This document shows, piece after piece, positions 7,434 to 15,953 of a stretch of DNA of 18,460 bases (its first letter is position 1; every line of letters starts with the position of its first letter). The stretch spans positions 1 to 18,460 of the forward strand of contig JBIKWQ010000069.1 of assembly GCA_044356215.1 (NCBI GenBank). Reading direction: 5' to 3'. Source of the stretch: Bdellovibrionota bacterium (GTDB lineage: Bacteria > Bdellovibrionota_C > UBA2361 > OMII01). The notes under the pieces were generated by a model that saw nothing but the letters and a program-made list of their open reading frames with translations, was not told the DNA's origin and ran no database searches. A program made the translations under genes and the position numbers.

Positions 7434-9951
7434 TCGATACAGCCTCAAAGATGGACCCAGCTACCTTCGTGTATTCTGTCTCATGCAGTACCGTATCAAA
7501 GAGACCAATGCTTTCTCCCTCATGACGATTGACACCGGCATAGGCGAGACTAGAATCTTCGTACCTTTTGAACTTGTAAACGGCATCATTCATGAGTGCG
7601 CTATTAAAGACCCCAAGGCTCACTAAAAGCTCGAAGTCTTTGATCGTCATTCCACACACCTTCTTGAACAGCCCTGGCTCAAGTTGCGTTATTACATCTT
7701 TTAGGGATCTCTCACGGTTGTCGGTGAGATACATGAATATTGGAATGCGAGTTGCAAATTTAATCAGCTTCTCCTGAATCTGCTTGCGAAGGTTTTTGTA
7801 CTCTTTCTCTTCTTCCGAAAGTTTTCTTCTCTCTCTCTCGGTTAAATCACGGTCATTTGATTCCTTCTTTATTTTTGAGACTGAATCGGATTTGTTAATA
7901 ATAGTCTCTATTTCCTGATTAAGATTTCTGAATCCCTCAATACTCATAAGAGCTTTCATTGCACGTTCATCATCCATCAGCCGCTGCAATGTTCTATTGT
8001 CAACATTTACCAGCAATGCACTTTCCCACCTTCTTGCAAGTAGAGTTGCAGTGGTGCCACTTAATGCCATGTCGAGGATGCCTGCCGCATCAACTTCTTT
8101 CATCGAACTGCCGTCATAGGCAAGAACAGGCAAGAAACTGATGAACTCCTCCACTTTCTTTTCGGGATTCTGCTCATCAATACTCAGTCTGCAGCTGTAC
8201 TCAGCGATCTGCCTGAGTGCTCTTTCAGGAGCGAAGTCGAAAACATAGCACTCCTCTTTGAGAATAATCTCTTTATTGGGATTCAATTTATCTGGATTCT
8301 TTATGGTCCATGGTGTCTGTACCCTGAACGCCGCCTGAAAATAGGTCTCAGGTGACGAACAGCTTCTTAGCATCAATATTCCAGACCACGGCTTGACGGA
8401 AATGCCAGTGGTGAGTTTTCCGCACGATAACGTGATCGTCTTGGTTTTGAGCGGATCTTCCATTTTCTTGAACAAAGGAGGTAAGGCTTTTGCTCCAATA
8501 CCGGCTTCTTTGCCAGCTGCAACGATAACTTCGTAGTCCTGATAAAACCTATTCTGACGCTCAAGAAGTAAATTCTTCATAGCATGGCATGATGCTACCG
8601 TTGGTAGGAACCAGAGAGTGTGAGATAGGACCTTCAAAAGTCGCACATCAGAAAATGGCATTGGGGGTTTTTTTGCTCCCAGCTTGAGATTATCGACCGT
8701 AGTCTCAAGGAACGAACCTCTAATAAGATCAAGCCACTTCTGCACCTCATTTTCGTAGGTGAATGCAGCCAAATCACCATCCCCCTCGGCAGAAAAGAAC
8801 GTGTTGAGGTCAAACTGGTTAAACTCCCCTTGCATCGCAACTTCTCGAATTGCATCGGGAAGCTGATAGGTGAGGAGTACCATTCGAGGGAGTGACGAAT
8901 ATGGATTGCCTGCACCATCCCAATTCTCTTTCGCACGTTGCTCGTCGGAATAAGTCCAGTTGAATATCTGCTCTTCGATGAACTCACCTGACTGCAACGC
9001 ACGGAAGGGCGTCCCAGAGAGATAGAGATAATGGTCCGTGGTTATCGGAAGAATCGACTCTTCAAAGTCAGCTACTCCTATTCCTTGCGCATAATCTTGC
9101 TCCTGCTTACTCTCCGCCTCAAAAAGATCTTTGGCATTCTCACGCCATGCACCATAGTGATACTCGTCAAAAATGACGCAGTCCCAGTTTATGGTATGGA
9201 CCCATTCATTCTTTGTCTTTAGGCCACCAGTGCTCTTATTTCTGCCTAAGTAGTCTTGAAAAGATCCAAAGCAAACAAACGCACGTCTTCGATCAATCTC
9301 CTCGTAGTGCAGACCCCCAGGAGAAATAAACTGCCATTTTTCAAAATCAATATGAGTTTTGAGATCTTCCTCCCAGGCACTTTGGACGGCTGGCTTAAAG
9401 GTAAGTACAAGAACCCTCTTCCAGTTCATTTTCTTTGCCAACTGGTATGCTGCGAAGGTTTTTCCGAAACGCATCTTGGCGTTCCAAAGGAAATGTGGTA
9501 CTTTATCAGAGTTCTCCTGCTTAAATCTTTTAAAGTACAAGGCTGTCTTTTCTACAGCTTCTATTTGCTCAGGTCGTAAGTCAAAGTTGAGATGTCTGCT
9601 CTCGTAGTTCGTTTGGCCATTGCGGACAGCAATTACTGCCGCTTTGACCTGTTTTACTTCACAGTGAAACCACTCACCGTCAGGATTCGCTATTCCCTGA
9701 CTTTTTAAAAATCTGTGAATGTCTCGGTCAGTGAAGGAACCACCATCGTTTCGCATGGCGGAGGCTTCAAAAACAATTTCATACGGTAAAGGTCCTGGTC
9801 TCTTAGTTGGGTACTGTTGAGCAACCCGCTCTCGCACATCTCCGGTTGTGTAACCGATCTTGAGCAGGCCTTTGTATTGGGGATTCGTATCCTGATACGC
9901 ATATACAGAGGGAGTTGCCTCGGGACGAGTAGGAAAGAAGTCTTTAGACAT
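7426..9951 (-). CDS. T5orf172/GIY-YIG nuclease fused to SF2 (ResIII-like) helicase; restriction subunit
   Basis: N-terminal VYAY...LLKIGYT...R...GEWF; Walker A AKMRFGKT, DEYH, SGT, QAAFRVQT; coiled-coil C-terminus. Confidence 0.85.
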   Translation of the reverse strand: MSKDFFPTRPEATPSVYAYQDTNPQYKGLLKIGYTTGDVRERVAQQYPTKRPGPLPYEIVFEASAMRNDGGSFTDRDIHRFLKSQGIANPDGEWFHCEVKQVKAAVIAVRNGQTNYESRHLNFDLRPEQIEAVEKTALYFKRFKQENSDKVPHFLWNAKMRFGKTFAAYQLAKKMNWKRVLVLTFKPAVQSAWEEDLKTHIDFEKWQFISPGGLHYEEIDRRRAFVCFGSFQDYLGRNKSTGGLKTKNEWVHTINWDCVIFDEYHYGAWRENAKDLFEAESKQEQDYAQGIGVADFEESILPITTDHYLYLSGTPFRALQSGEFIEEQIFNWTYSDEQRAKENWDGAGNPYSSLPRMVLLTYQLPDAIREVAMQGEFNQFDLNTFFSAEGDGDLAAFTYENEVQKWLDLIRGSFLETTVDNLKLGAKKPPMPFSDVRLLKVLSHTLWFLPTVASCHAMKNLLLERQNRFYQDYEVIVAAGKEAGIGAKALPPLFKKMEDPLKTKTITLSCGKLTTGISVKPWSGILMLRSCSSPETYFQAAFRVQTPWTIKNPDKLNPNKEIILKEECYVFDFAPERALRQIAEYSCRLSIDEQNPEKKVEEFISFLPVLAYDGSSMKEVDAAGILDMALSGTTATLLARRWESALLVNVDNRTLQRLMDDERAMKALMSIEGFRNLNQEIETIINKSDSVSKIKKESNDRDLTERERRKLSEEEKEYKNLRKQIQEKLIKFATRIPIFMYLTDNRERSLKDVITQLEPGLFKKVCGMTIKDFELLVSLGVFNSALMNDAVYKFKRYEDSSLAYAGVNRHEGESIGLFDTVLHETEYTKVAGSIFEAVSND

Positions 9952-11455
9952 TAATCGACTCCATCGGTCGTACTATTGAATCGATGAATGAAATTTCCTC
10001 GTTAGTAAGACCATACTTCTTCACCAGCTTTCGGTCGGTCCATTCGGAAGAGAAGTCCTGTAACGGAACAAACGAATAAACTTTCTTCATGCAGTCTTGC
10101 GTGTTCTTCTGAAGCGTTACAAGAAAATGAAAAAATTTCGTATTCACGTAACTAAGAACATTTTCACACTCACTCTTGGATCTGAAAGGCCCTACCAGTA
10201 GGTATGTTTCGGTGCAACATGAATTGGGTTCACAATATAGGGGCTTTATAATATCTGTCTTGCTATCACCTGTTCCAACCGCTTTTGGTACGATAAGTTT
10301 ATGCTCATCAACGCTGTCTAGTCGTCGTGTTATGTCTCCTCGGTTAACGTATTCAATTCTTCTGTTCCCATAGAGCTTTACGGCTCCAGCGAAGGGAGTC
10401 TTTGACCCACTATAGTTAGTCGTAAAACCGAAGGGCTTCTTGGTGCTGACAATCGAATCAAAAGTAGGTTCATTCCTAGCACGAATTTTATGCAATATCG
10501 GAATGGCATCATTGTATCTAATTACAATGTCACAGTTTTTCTCTTTCAAAGGTCGATCTGAGCTAGACACTACTTCATTGCCACTGTGCGTCAGGAAACA
10601 AACGTTGCCAGTGTAGTTTTTTTCCCATAAGAAGTAGCAAACTCCGCCCTTAATCTCGACTCCAGGAAAACAATCGGAGGCATTTGGGAAGTCGTGTAGA
10701 TATTTGATATGATTGTCGTTAATCATTCGCTCTCTAAACTCGTCTAGACCCCATCCCCCTGCAAACCATCGGGAGGGAATGATCATGGCAAGAAAGTTAG
10801 GCTTCATTTTTTTGGCTTGATCAACGAACAGATGATAAAGAGGCTTTGCTTGCGCACCATTATCTTCACCAGCCGTAGAGAGCTGATAAGGAGGGTTACC
10901 TATGATTACATCAAATTTCATGTTGAATATCTCCTGCGGGTTGATAGTGTGTACAAATTGGTATGCATGGGATTCAAATTCAGAGCCTCGCTCGTAACCT
11001 TTTTCGCTAGCTCCACAAAAGCTACACCTTCCGCTTTCCCAGGAGTGAAAGGTCGAGACGTAACGAATATTGCCCGTATCATCACTAAAATGACTGCACA
11101 CGGAATATTTTCCATTCGCCTTTTTGGAACAATAGACACTTCTCCTCGACAGTAAGGCCGTCAATTCGGTAATTGCAATTCCGTACAGCTGCTTTGTATA
11201 TATATGATCAAGCCGTGCTTGCAGGTCTGGAATCTCTTCACGCAAACCCTCTATAAGTCTCTTTGCAATCTCTCGAAGGAATACGCCGGACTTACAGGCT
11301 GGATCAAGGAACGTTGCTGTCTTGTCTTTCCAAAGTTCGGCCGGTAAAAGGTCAAGAATCTGGTTTGCTAACCCTGGAGGAGTGAAAACTTCATCATTGC
11401 TTAAGTTAGCAAGGCATGTGAGCACATCTGGATTATAGTTAGCCTCAATCTGCAT
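9944..11455 (-). CDS. N6-adenine DNA methyltransferase (Eco57I-like, gamma order) with C-terminal target-recognition region
   Basis: EVFTP (X), FLDPACKSG (I), YGIAI, DVIIGNPPY (IV), IIPSRW, FPGVEIKGGVCYF. Confidence 0.92.
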   Translation of the reverse strand: MQIEANYNPDVLTCLANLSNDEVFTPPGLANQILDLLPAELWKDKTATFLDPACKSGVFLREIAKRLIEGLREEIPDLQARLDHIYTKQLYGIAITELTALLSRRSVYCSKKANGKYSVCSHFSDDTGNIRYVSTFHSWESGRCSFCGASEKGYERGSEFESHAYQFVHTINPQEIFNMKFDVIIGNPPYQLSTAGEDNGAQAKPLYHLFVDQAKKMKPNFLAMIIPSRWFAGGWGLDEFRERMINDNHIKYLHDFPNASDCFPGVEIKGGVCYFLWEKNYTGNVCFLTHSGNEVVSSSDRPLKEKNCDIVIRYNDAIPILHKIRARNEPTFDSIVSTKKPFGFTTNYSGSKTPFAGAVKLYGNRRIEYVNRGDITRRLDSVDEHKLIVPKAVGTGDSKTDIIKPLYCEPNSCCTETYLLVGPFRSKSECENVLSYVNTKFFHFLVTLQKNTQDCMKKVYSFVPLQDFSSEWTDRKLVKKYGLTNEEISFIDSIVRPMESINV

Positions 11456-12125
11456 CTGCCACCTGCAGGAAATGAATTAAAGGATACTCTTTTGTTGGGC
11501 TGGGCATGAAAACATCGTCGCCAAGGTCGGAAAAAAGGGGCAGATCTCTCATTCCAGCGTGTTGAAGCAGATTTTTGAACGAGAAGTCTCTACGTTTCAG
11601 TTGACTGCCATTAAACGGAGACCATTCAGAGAAAACGATTGGCCTAGGGATAGGTCCAACTGTCATAAGAGTCAGAGCATCACCCCATTCGATGTTTCTA
11701 CCGAGAATAAATTCTGCGGACCGGATACAATCGCTCTTTATGGAAGCTCTAAACATGGCCCTATAGTGATCGATGAAAAGCGAGAGAAGTCGTTTCCGAC
11801 ACCGCTCCACATTATCTTCAAGAATATCGATCCCGTAGATGCTTGATACAGCAAGGATGGCGTACCGTTCGTAATCAAGTTGGCTTCTACTATATCGACT
11901 CTTTACTATTGCCAATTTGCGGCTTAAGACTTCCGCTAGGAAGTTGCCAGTGCCACAAGCTGGTTCTAAAAAGCGAGACTCAATACGCTCGGTCTCTTGA
12001 CTGACCAGGTCGAGCATCTTATTCACGATAGTCTTGGGGGTGTAGACCTCCCCGTGATCACTGACTCGTTGCCGCGAAACGACTAGTTGCTCTTCTTCTA
12101 ATTTTGCAGGCTGTTCGTCGGTCAT
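11445..12125 (-). CDS. Short SAM-binding MTase-like protein lacking the catalytic NPPY motif
   Basis: GEVYTP, FLEPACGTGNFL, IYGIDI and GDAL are present. No (D/N/S)PP(Y/F) in 226 aa. Stop overlaps the start of the next MTase. Confidence 0.8.
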   Translation of the reverse strand: MTDEQPAKLEEEQLVVSRQRVSDHGEVYTPKTIVNKMLDLVSQETERIESRFLEPACGTGNFLAEVLSRKLAIVKSRYSRSQLDYERYAILAVSSIYGIDILEDNVERCRKRLLSLFIDHYRAMFRASIKSDCIRSAEFILGRNIEWGDALTLMTVGPIPRPIVFSEWSPFNGSQLKRRDFSFKNLLQHAGMRDLPLFSDLGDDVFMPSPTKEYPLIHFLQVADAD

Positions 12126-12356
12126 TTAATTCCTACGTGCTTTCTTGGGTAATTCTGATGCGCCACCCGAAGTCACCCATGAATCAACTTCGGAGATCTT
12201 GAATCTCCATAGTCTTCCGACCTTGTGAGCTGGCATGTCTTTACGCTCTAGCCATTTATAGATGGTCAACGCCTTTACGTTGAGGTGGTGTGCTATTTGC
12301 TCAACCGAAACCCATTGTTCGACAGCTGTGTTGCGTTTTGCTTCCCTATTCAACAT
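12126..12356 (-). CDS. Excisionase-family (HTH_17) DNA-binding protein
   Basis: WVSVEQIAHHLNVKALTIYKWLERKDMPAHKVGRLWRFKISEVDSWV. Stop abuts the next ATG (TAAATG). Start taken at ATG 12356. Confidence 0.88.
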   Translation of the reverse strand: MLNREAKRNTAVEQWVSVEQIAHHLNVKALTIYKWLERKDMPAHKVGRLWRFKISEVDSWVTSGGASELPKKARRN

Positions 12357-12375
12357 ATAGGTCTTTGTCCAATTC

Positions 12376-12429
12376 GTACTATCAGGTACTACCTGGGTTA
12401 ATTGAAACACACGAGAAAAGACTTTACAA
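12376..12429 (-). promoter_or_regulatory. Putative promoter and operator of the HTH_17-RM operon
   Basis: Minus strand TTGTAA-17-TTCAAT with extended TG. Palindrome CAGGTA-C-TACCTG (12383-12395) and GTACTA repeats 10 bp apart lie near the predicted +1. Confidence 0.45.
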
Positions 12430-12472
12430 CGGGTAATCCATCAGATGGTATAGGTCTAGCGGCCTGGTCGAC

Positions 12473-12694
12473 CTACTGCTTAAGAGCCTTCTCTATCGCA
12501 GCCAATTCGTCTGCCACTCGATAGAGGAATTGCACGACCTCAAGGTGCTGTTCGTGCTTGGTAAGAACGATATTGATGTGGATCTCCATGCCGTCTTGGT
12601 TGATGTCGTATAGCTTTGAGAGAGACGGTGTCTGCGTGCTTTCATGGATGTTGGATTCTCGTTTATGGAACTGTTTGAACTTTAATAGGGCCAT
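12473..12694 (-). CDS. Hypothetical protein (73 aa)
   Basis: ATG ORF co-oriented with its neighbours, with an upstream GGAG and a helical C-terminus. No recognised family. Confidence 0.5.
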   Translation of the reverse strand: MALLKFKQFHKRESNIHESTQTPSLSKLYDINQDGMEIHINIVLTKHEQHLEVVQFLYRVADELAAIEKALKQ

Positions 12695-12744
12695 ACGTCA
12701 TCTCTCCGCTGTAAGGGTGGTCGCTCATCCAATCGAAACGTCAC

Positions 12745-12936
12745 TCACTGCTCCACAATAACAACTAGAACATCTCGATAATCTTTTATTGCTACATCAA
12801 GCTCTCGTATCACCTTGGCTCGCAATCGTTGCTTATTGGATGTATCCAATGCTCGCTCGATCTCATGCAGGTATAGTGCCTTGGGCTTTGTCTCTGAGAG
12901 CTTTCTGGCAGCTTCTTGTTTTGTGGTTTTTGACAT
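12745..12936 (-). CDS. Hypothetical small basic helical protein (63 aa)
   Basis: GAGG SD 4 nt before ATG. Co-oriented with the adjacent small ORFs. Confidence 0.55.
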   Translation of the reverse strand: MSKTTKQEAARKLSETKPKALYLHEIERALDTSNKQRLRAKVIRELDVAIKDYRDVLVVIVEQ

Positions 12937-12970
12937 AGATCCTCGTTTGCATTAAAGGCGATACCCCGCA

Positions 12971-13210
12971 CTAGTAGTCACGCTCATGAAGATATTTATC
13001 GAGCTTTCGTTTCGTGGCTTTCAGTGATTCCTGCTGTTGAAGGAAGGCGTCGAGACTAAGAAGCTCTTCATCAATCTTGGCTTTGAGAAACATTCTTATC
13101 AGGGCTAGTCGTGTAATGCGTCTTGATTGTGCCAGGGTGTTCAGATCTTCTATCCATTCAGGTTAAGGTAAGAGTCTTAGCTGAGTGAATTTGGGCTTCT
13201 TTATAGACAT
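12971..13210 (-). pseudogene. Ribbon-helix-helix (CopG/Arc-like) protein with an internal TAA
   Basis: MSIKKPKFTQLRLLP*PEWIEDLNTLAQSRRITRLALIRMFLKAKIDEEL...: 80 codons with a single stop at 13165-13163, preceded by AAGGTG. Missing from the ORF track. Confidence 0.65.
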
Positions 13211-13297
13211 CACCTTTGCTTCCTTAATCTCTTTTATTTTGTATCTTCACTGTATAGCTATTTATAGGGGCTAGAAGTTCAAAAGATATCCTAGAAG

Positions 13298-13423
13298 CAT
13301 CGTGATTCTCACGATGACGGTCTTCGCTCGTGGGTTACTTAGAGATCTATTTTTAAGATTCATTTAAACCGTCATAGCGTGCGGTAGTTTGGAGATACAC
13401 TTCGCCCGTTAAGGGCGAAGTGT
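13298..13423. repeat. Perfect inverted repeats in the island's central intergenic region
   Basis: CATCGTGA-TTC-TCACGATG (13298-13316) and ACACTTCGCCC-GTTAA-GGGCGAAGTGT (13397-13423). Confidence 0.7.
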
Positions 13424-14023
13424 TCGACGTGCGTATAGCTCATCGATACATTGTGTTTGCACGTAGCTCCTTGTGAGAGCGAGGGCGGTTGGGCGGTCTC
13501 CTCGTAAGTGCAGCTCGCTGGCATCCCAGCGGCAAGTCATCTCAAAGCTAACACAACGACCTTGAGAGCTTTGCGAGTTCCAAGTGTGAGGATAGCTCGC
13601 ATCGTGATGGAGGTAAGGGGCTCGATAGTCACACGCCTGTTTCTAACAAGGCCCACCTGCACTTCGCAGTCGTATGAGTTCAATCGGCGACGTTGCACGA
13701 TCAAGGGAGGTATGCCCGTGCGTTTGTATGGGGTCGCTATGTTTAGCAAAGAGCGTCGAGCTTCTTTGCCTCGTTCTTCCCTAGTTGAACTGATTCGTTT
13801 TGAGCGAGATCGGATTGAAGTCAAAATGTCCCGTGTCCCCGTATCTGGCTAGCAGTTGATCTCGAAAAAACTTATAGGGAAAGGGCTCAGGGCGCATCTT
13901 TAATAAATGGCTAAACCGCGCAAGAATGTAACCTATTGTTATCTGGTTGAGTTGCGGTCCGTTGTCGACGCAGTAATGAAGAGGCAACTCTCTAAGAGTT
14001 TTTCCGATTAACTAAGGGGAAAC

Positions 14024-14677
14024 ATGAACGAAGAGAAAGTTAAAAATCTGTTATTGTTCTTCGCGCAGAACATCACCTCGTTGCCTATAACGAAGGCTAT
14101 GAAGCTTTTGTTCTATGCCGACTTCGTATGCTTCGCGGAGACTGGAGCTTCGATCACAGGACTCGATTATCACGCATGGGATCAGGGACCAGTTCTGCCG
14201 ACAGTCTATAGACGAATAGCTAAGGGAAGGTTTGATTGTATCCATCTTGAGAAGTTAGGTCGAAGTCATTTGGTCAAGCCAGTGCCAGGATGTAAAGCGG
14301 ATCTTGCAGTGTTTAGTGCTACCGAGCGTGAGATCATCGAGCGCATTCTTAGACAAGGTCGCGATGTTGGTGCGGGTGTTCTGTCTGAGCAGACTCATCG
14401 AGAGCTACCGTGGACCAAGACAGAGCTATACGGAAAGATTAGCTACGAATGGGCGCCACTTCAGGCTACGGTAATGAGGGGTAGTGACACCCCCGCCGAT
14501 GATGAGATTATTATGGATATAATTGAAAGGAATCCTGCGCTGCAACACTGCTTCGAGGCAGGTTTAGAGGATTGGTTCGAGGCTACTGTTTCGGACGATG
14601 TCGATGATCTTTTGGATGATAGCGAGATGACCCCCGTGCATTGGGAAAAGGGTATTGGATGGGTCGAGGGTCGTTAG
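14024..14677 (+). CDS. Panacea (DUF4065/SocA-like) antitoxin-domain protein with acidic C-terminal extension
   Basis: TKAMKLLFYAD...G..IT...YHAWDQGPV..VY...LSEQTHRELPW; SD AAGGGG. Confidence 0.88.
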   Translation: MNEEKVKNLLLFFAQNITSLPITKAMKLLFYADFVCFAETGASITGLDYHAWDQGPVLPTVYRRIAKGRFDCIHLEKLGRSHLVKPVPGCKADLAVFSATEREIIERILRQGRDVGAGVLSEQTHRELPWTKTELYGKISYEWAPLQATVMRGSDTPADDEIIMDIIERNPALQHCFEAGLEDWFEATVSDDVDDLLDDSEMTPVHWEKGIGWVEGR

Positions 14678-14969
14678 TTAGGCGCGGATCGCAAAGGATT
14701 ACCATCATCTGCGCGCCTCGGCGCGTTATCTGTGCTGCTCTTCTTAAGTCTTGCCATTTATGCCCTGTTATTATTGAGCAATTACAATAAATTGCCTCGA
14801 CGTATTCTAATTAAGAGCATAAACCTAGAATAAGGCCAGTGCTTATTCTAAAGTCTTAGTATAAGAAAAAAGACCGGCAGTGATATGATAATTACAGATT
14901 GGTACAATTTAGGGATCGATCTTAGGGAAAGAGGCTCGTAGCGATAAGGGAGTCGGAGGACATCGCAGT

Positions 14970-15593
14970 ATGAAGAACGGGGCAGTTAGTATTATTTCAG
15001 CGATGGCGCTACTAATGACTTGTATCTCTGCTTCGGAGGCAGAGCCGCACACATTCACCTCAAGGGACTACATTGAATACTTCATATGGTTTTCCCCGCG
15101 TGGGTCGGAAACTCCGAAAAAACCCAAGCTACTAAACATCCGAGTCGGAGACATGCAGTACTGGTATGCGGAATACTTTCCATGGGTAAAGCGGGTTCCG
15201 TCGCAAAAACAGGAGTTATGGTTATCAACCCCACGCGGCTCGATCGATATCAATAGAAACGATAATGAGGGGCTGGTCGTGACGCGCGAGACTTACAAGC
15301 CCTTCGGTGCGGGAGGCACCAAGCTCCTTGATGTGCGCTTTGAGGGAGCACGTTGTCGTGACGCAGAAGGGGTGGAGTCCACATGCTCAGTCACGCTTTT
15401 GTTAACGACAGATGGACCTGATCGGGGCGTCAAACGCCGATCTCGCACACTGCGAATCACTTCCTCAACAGGCTTATCGTTTAGGTACAAAAGCGTCGGA
15501 TCCGACGGGGGGAAGCCACTTAATCTGCCCCTTTTGAACCGAACTCCATCCATAGTTAATTTCGCCTGGGAGGGGCGTCGGGGAGATGAGTAG
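14970..15593 (+). CDS. Hypothetical exported protein
   Basis: GGAGGA SD; Sec-type signal peptide (MKNGAVSIISAMALLMTCISASEA); beta-rich composition. Confidence 0.7.
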   Translation: MKNGAVSIISAMALLMTCISASEAEPHTFTSRDYIEYFIWFSPRGSETPKKPKLLNIRVGDMQYWYAEYFPWVKRVPSQKQELWLSTPRGSIDINRNDNEGLVVTRETYKPFGAGGTKLLDVRFEGARCRDAEGVESTCSVTLLLTTDGPDRGVKRRSRTLRITSSTGLSFRYKSVGSDGGKPLNLPLLNRTPSIVNFAWEGRRGDE

Positions 15594-15710
15594 TTAGCCT
15601 CAGATAGCCTTTGCTACGCCGCCACTGCGAGCCCTGTATCAGCGATACTTTAGAATCGTACTCATTGGCATGCTGTTCTCATTGAGGGAGTGCTCTTGTA
15701 GGTAGTTGAA

Positions 15711-15919
15711 CCTAAATCAGCAGGTGCGGGTCTGAAAATGGCGCATCTACTCAAAATCACTGCGGCTTTTGAATTTTCGGTGACTTCGGCGAGCTCAGTC
15801 GAGTCGAGCTCGCCGAAGTCAGTCGAGTCGTGCCAGGGTTGCGCCTCAGAAAAATTCAAAATCCTTTGTGCTTTTGAGTACCTGCGCCATTTTCATCCTC
15901 CTTAACTGCCGAATCTAGG
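15711..15919. mobile_element. Palindromic MITE-like element with nested hairpin
   Basis: CCTA...TAGG ends flanked by TTGAA direct repeats (15706-15710, 15920-15924). Internal stems TGAAAATGGCGCA/TGCGCCATTTTCA and TACTCAAAA/TTTTGAGTA. Second copy at 1-127. Confidence 0.8.
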
Positions 15920-15953
15920 TTGAAACGAGACTGGAATCAGTTCGCACAAACTT

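Noticed and set aside
7378..11846. Short antisense or alternate-frame ORFs within the RM genes (and similar ones in aspS and istAB)
   Set aside because: Shadow ORFs overlapping well-supported long genes.
13508..13987. ORFs 13508-13852 (+), 13537-13824 (-) and 13781-13987 (-)
   Set aside because: Mutually overlapping with no recognisable motifs; none can be supported as a gene.
14680..14726. Possible c-di-GMP-I riboswitch (CGCAAAG)
   Set aside because: Lacks the GNRA-tetraloop/receptor two-stem context; more likely a simple GC-rich hairpin after panA.
15662..15859. 65-aa minus-strand ORF
   Set aside because: Mostly a translation of the palindromic repeat.
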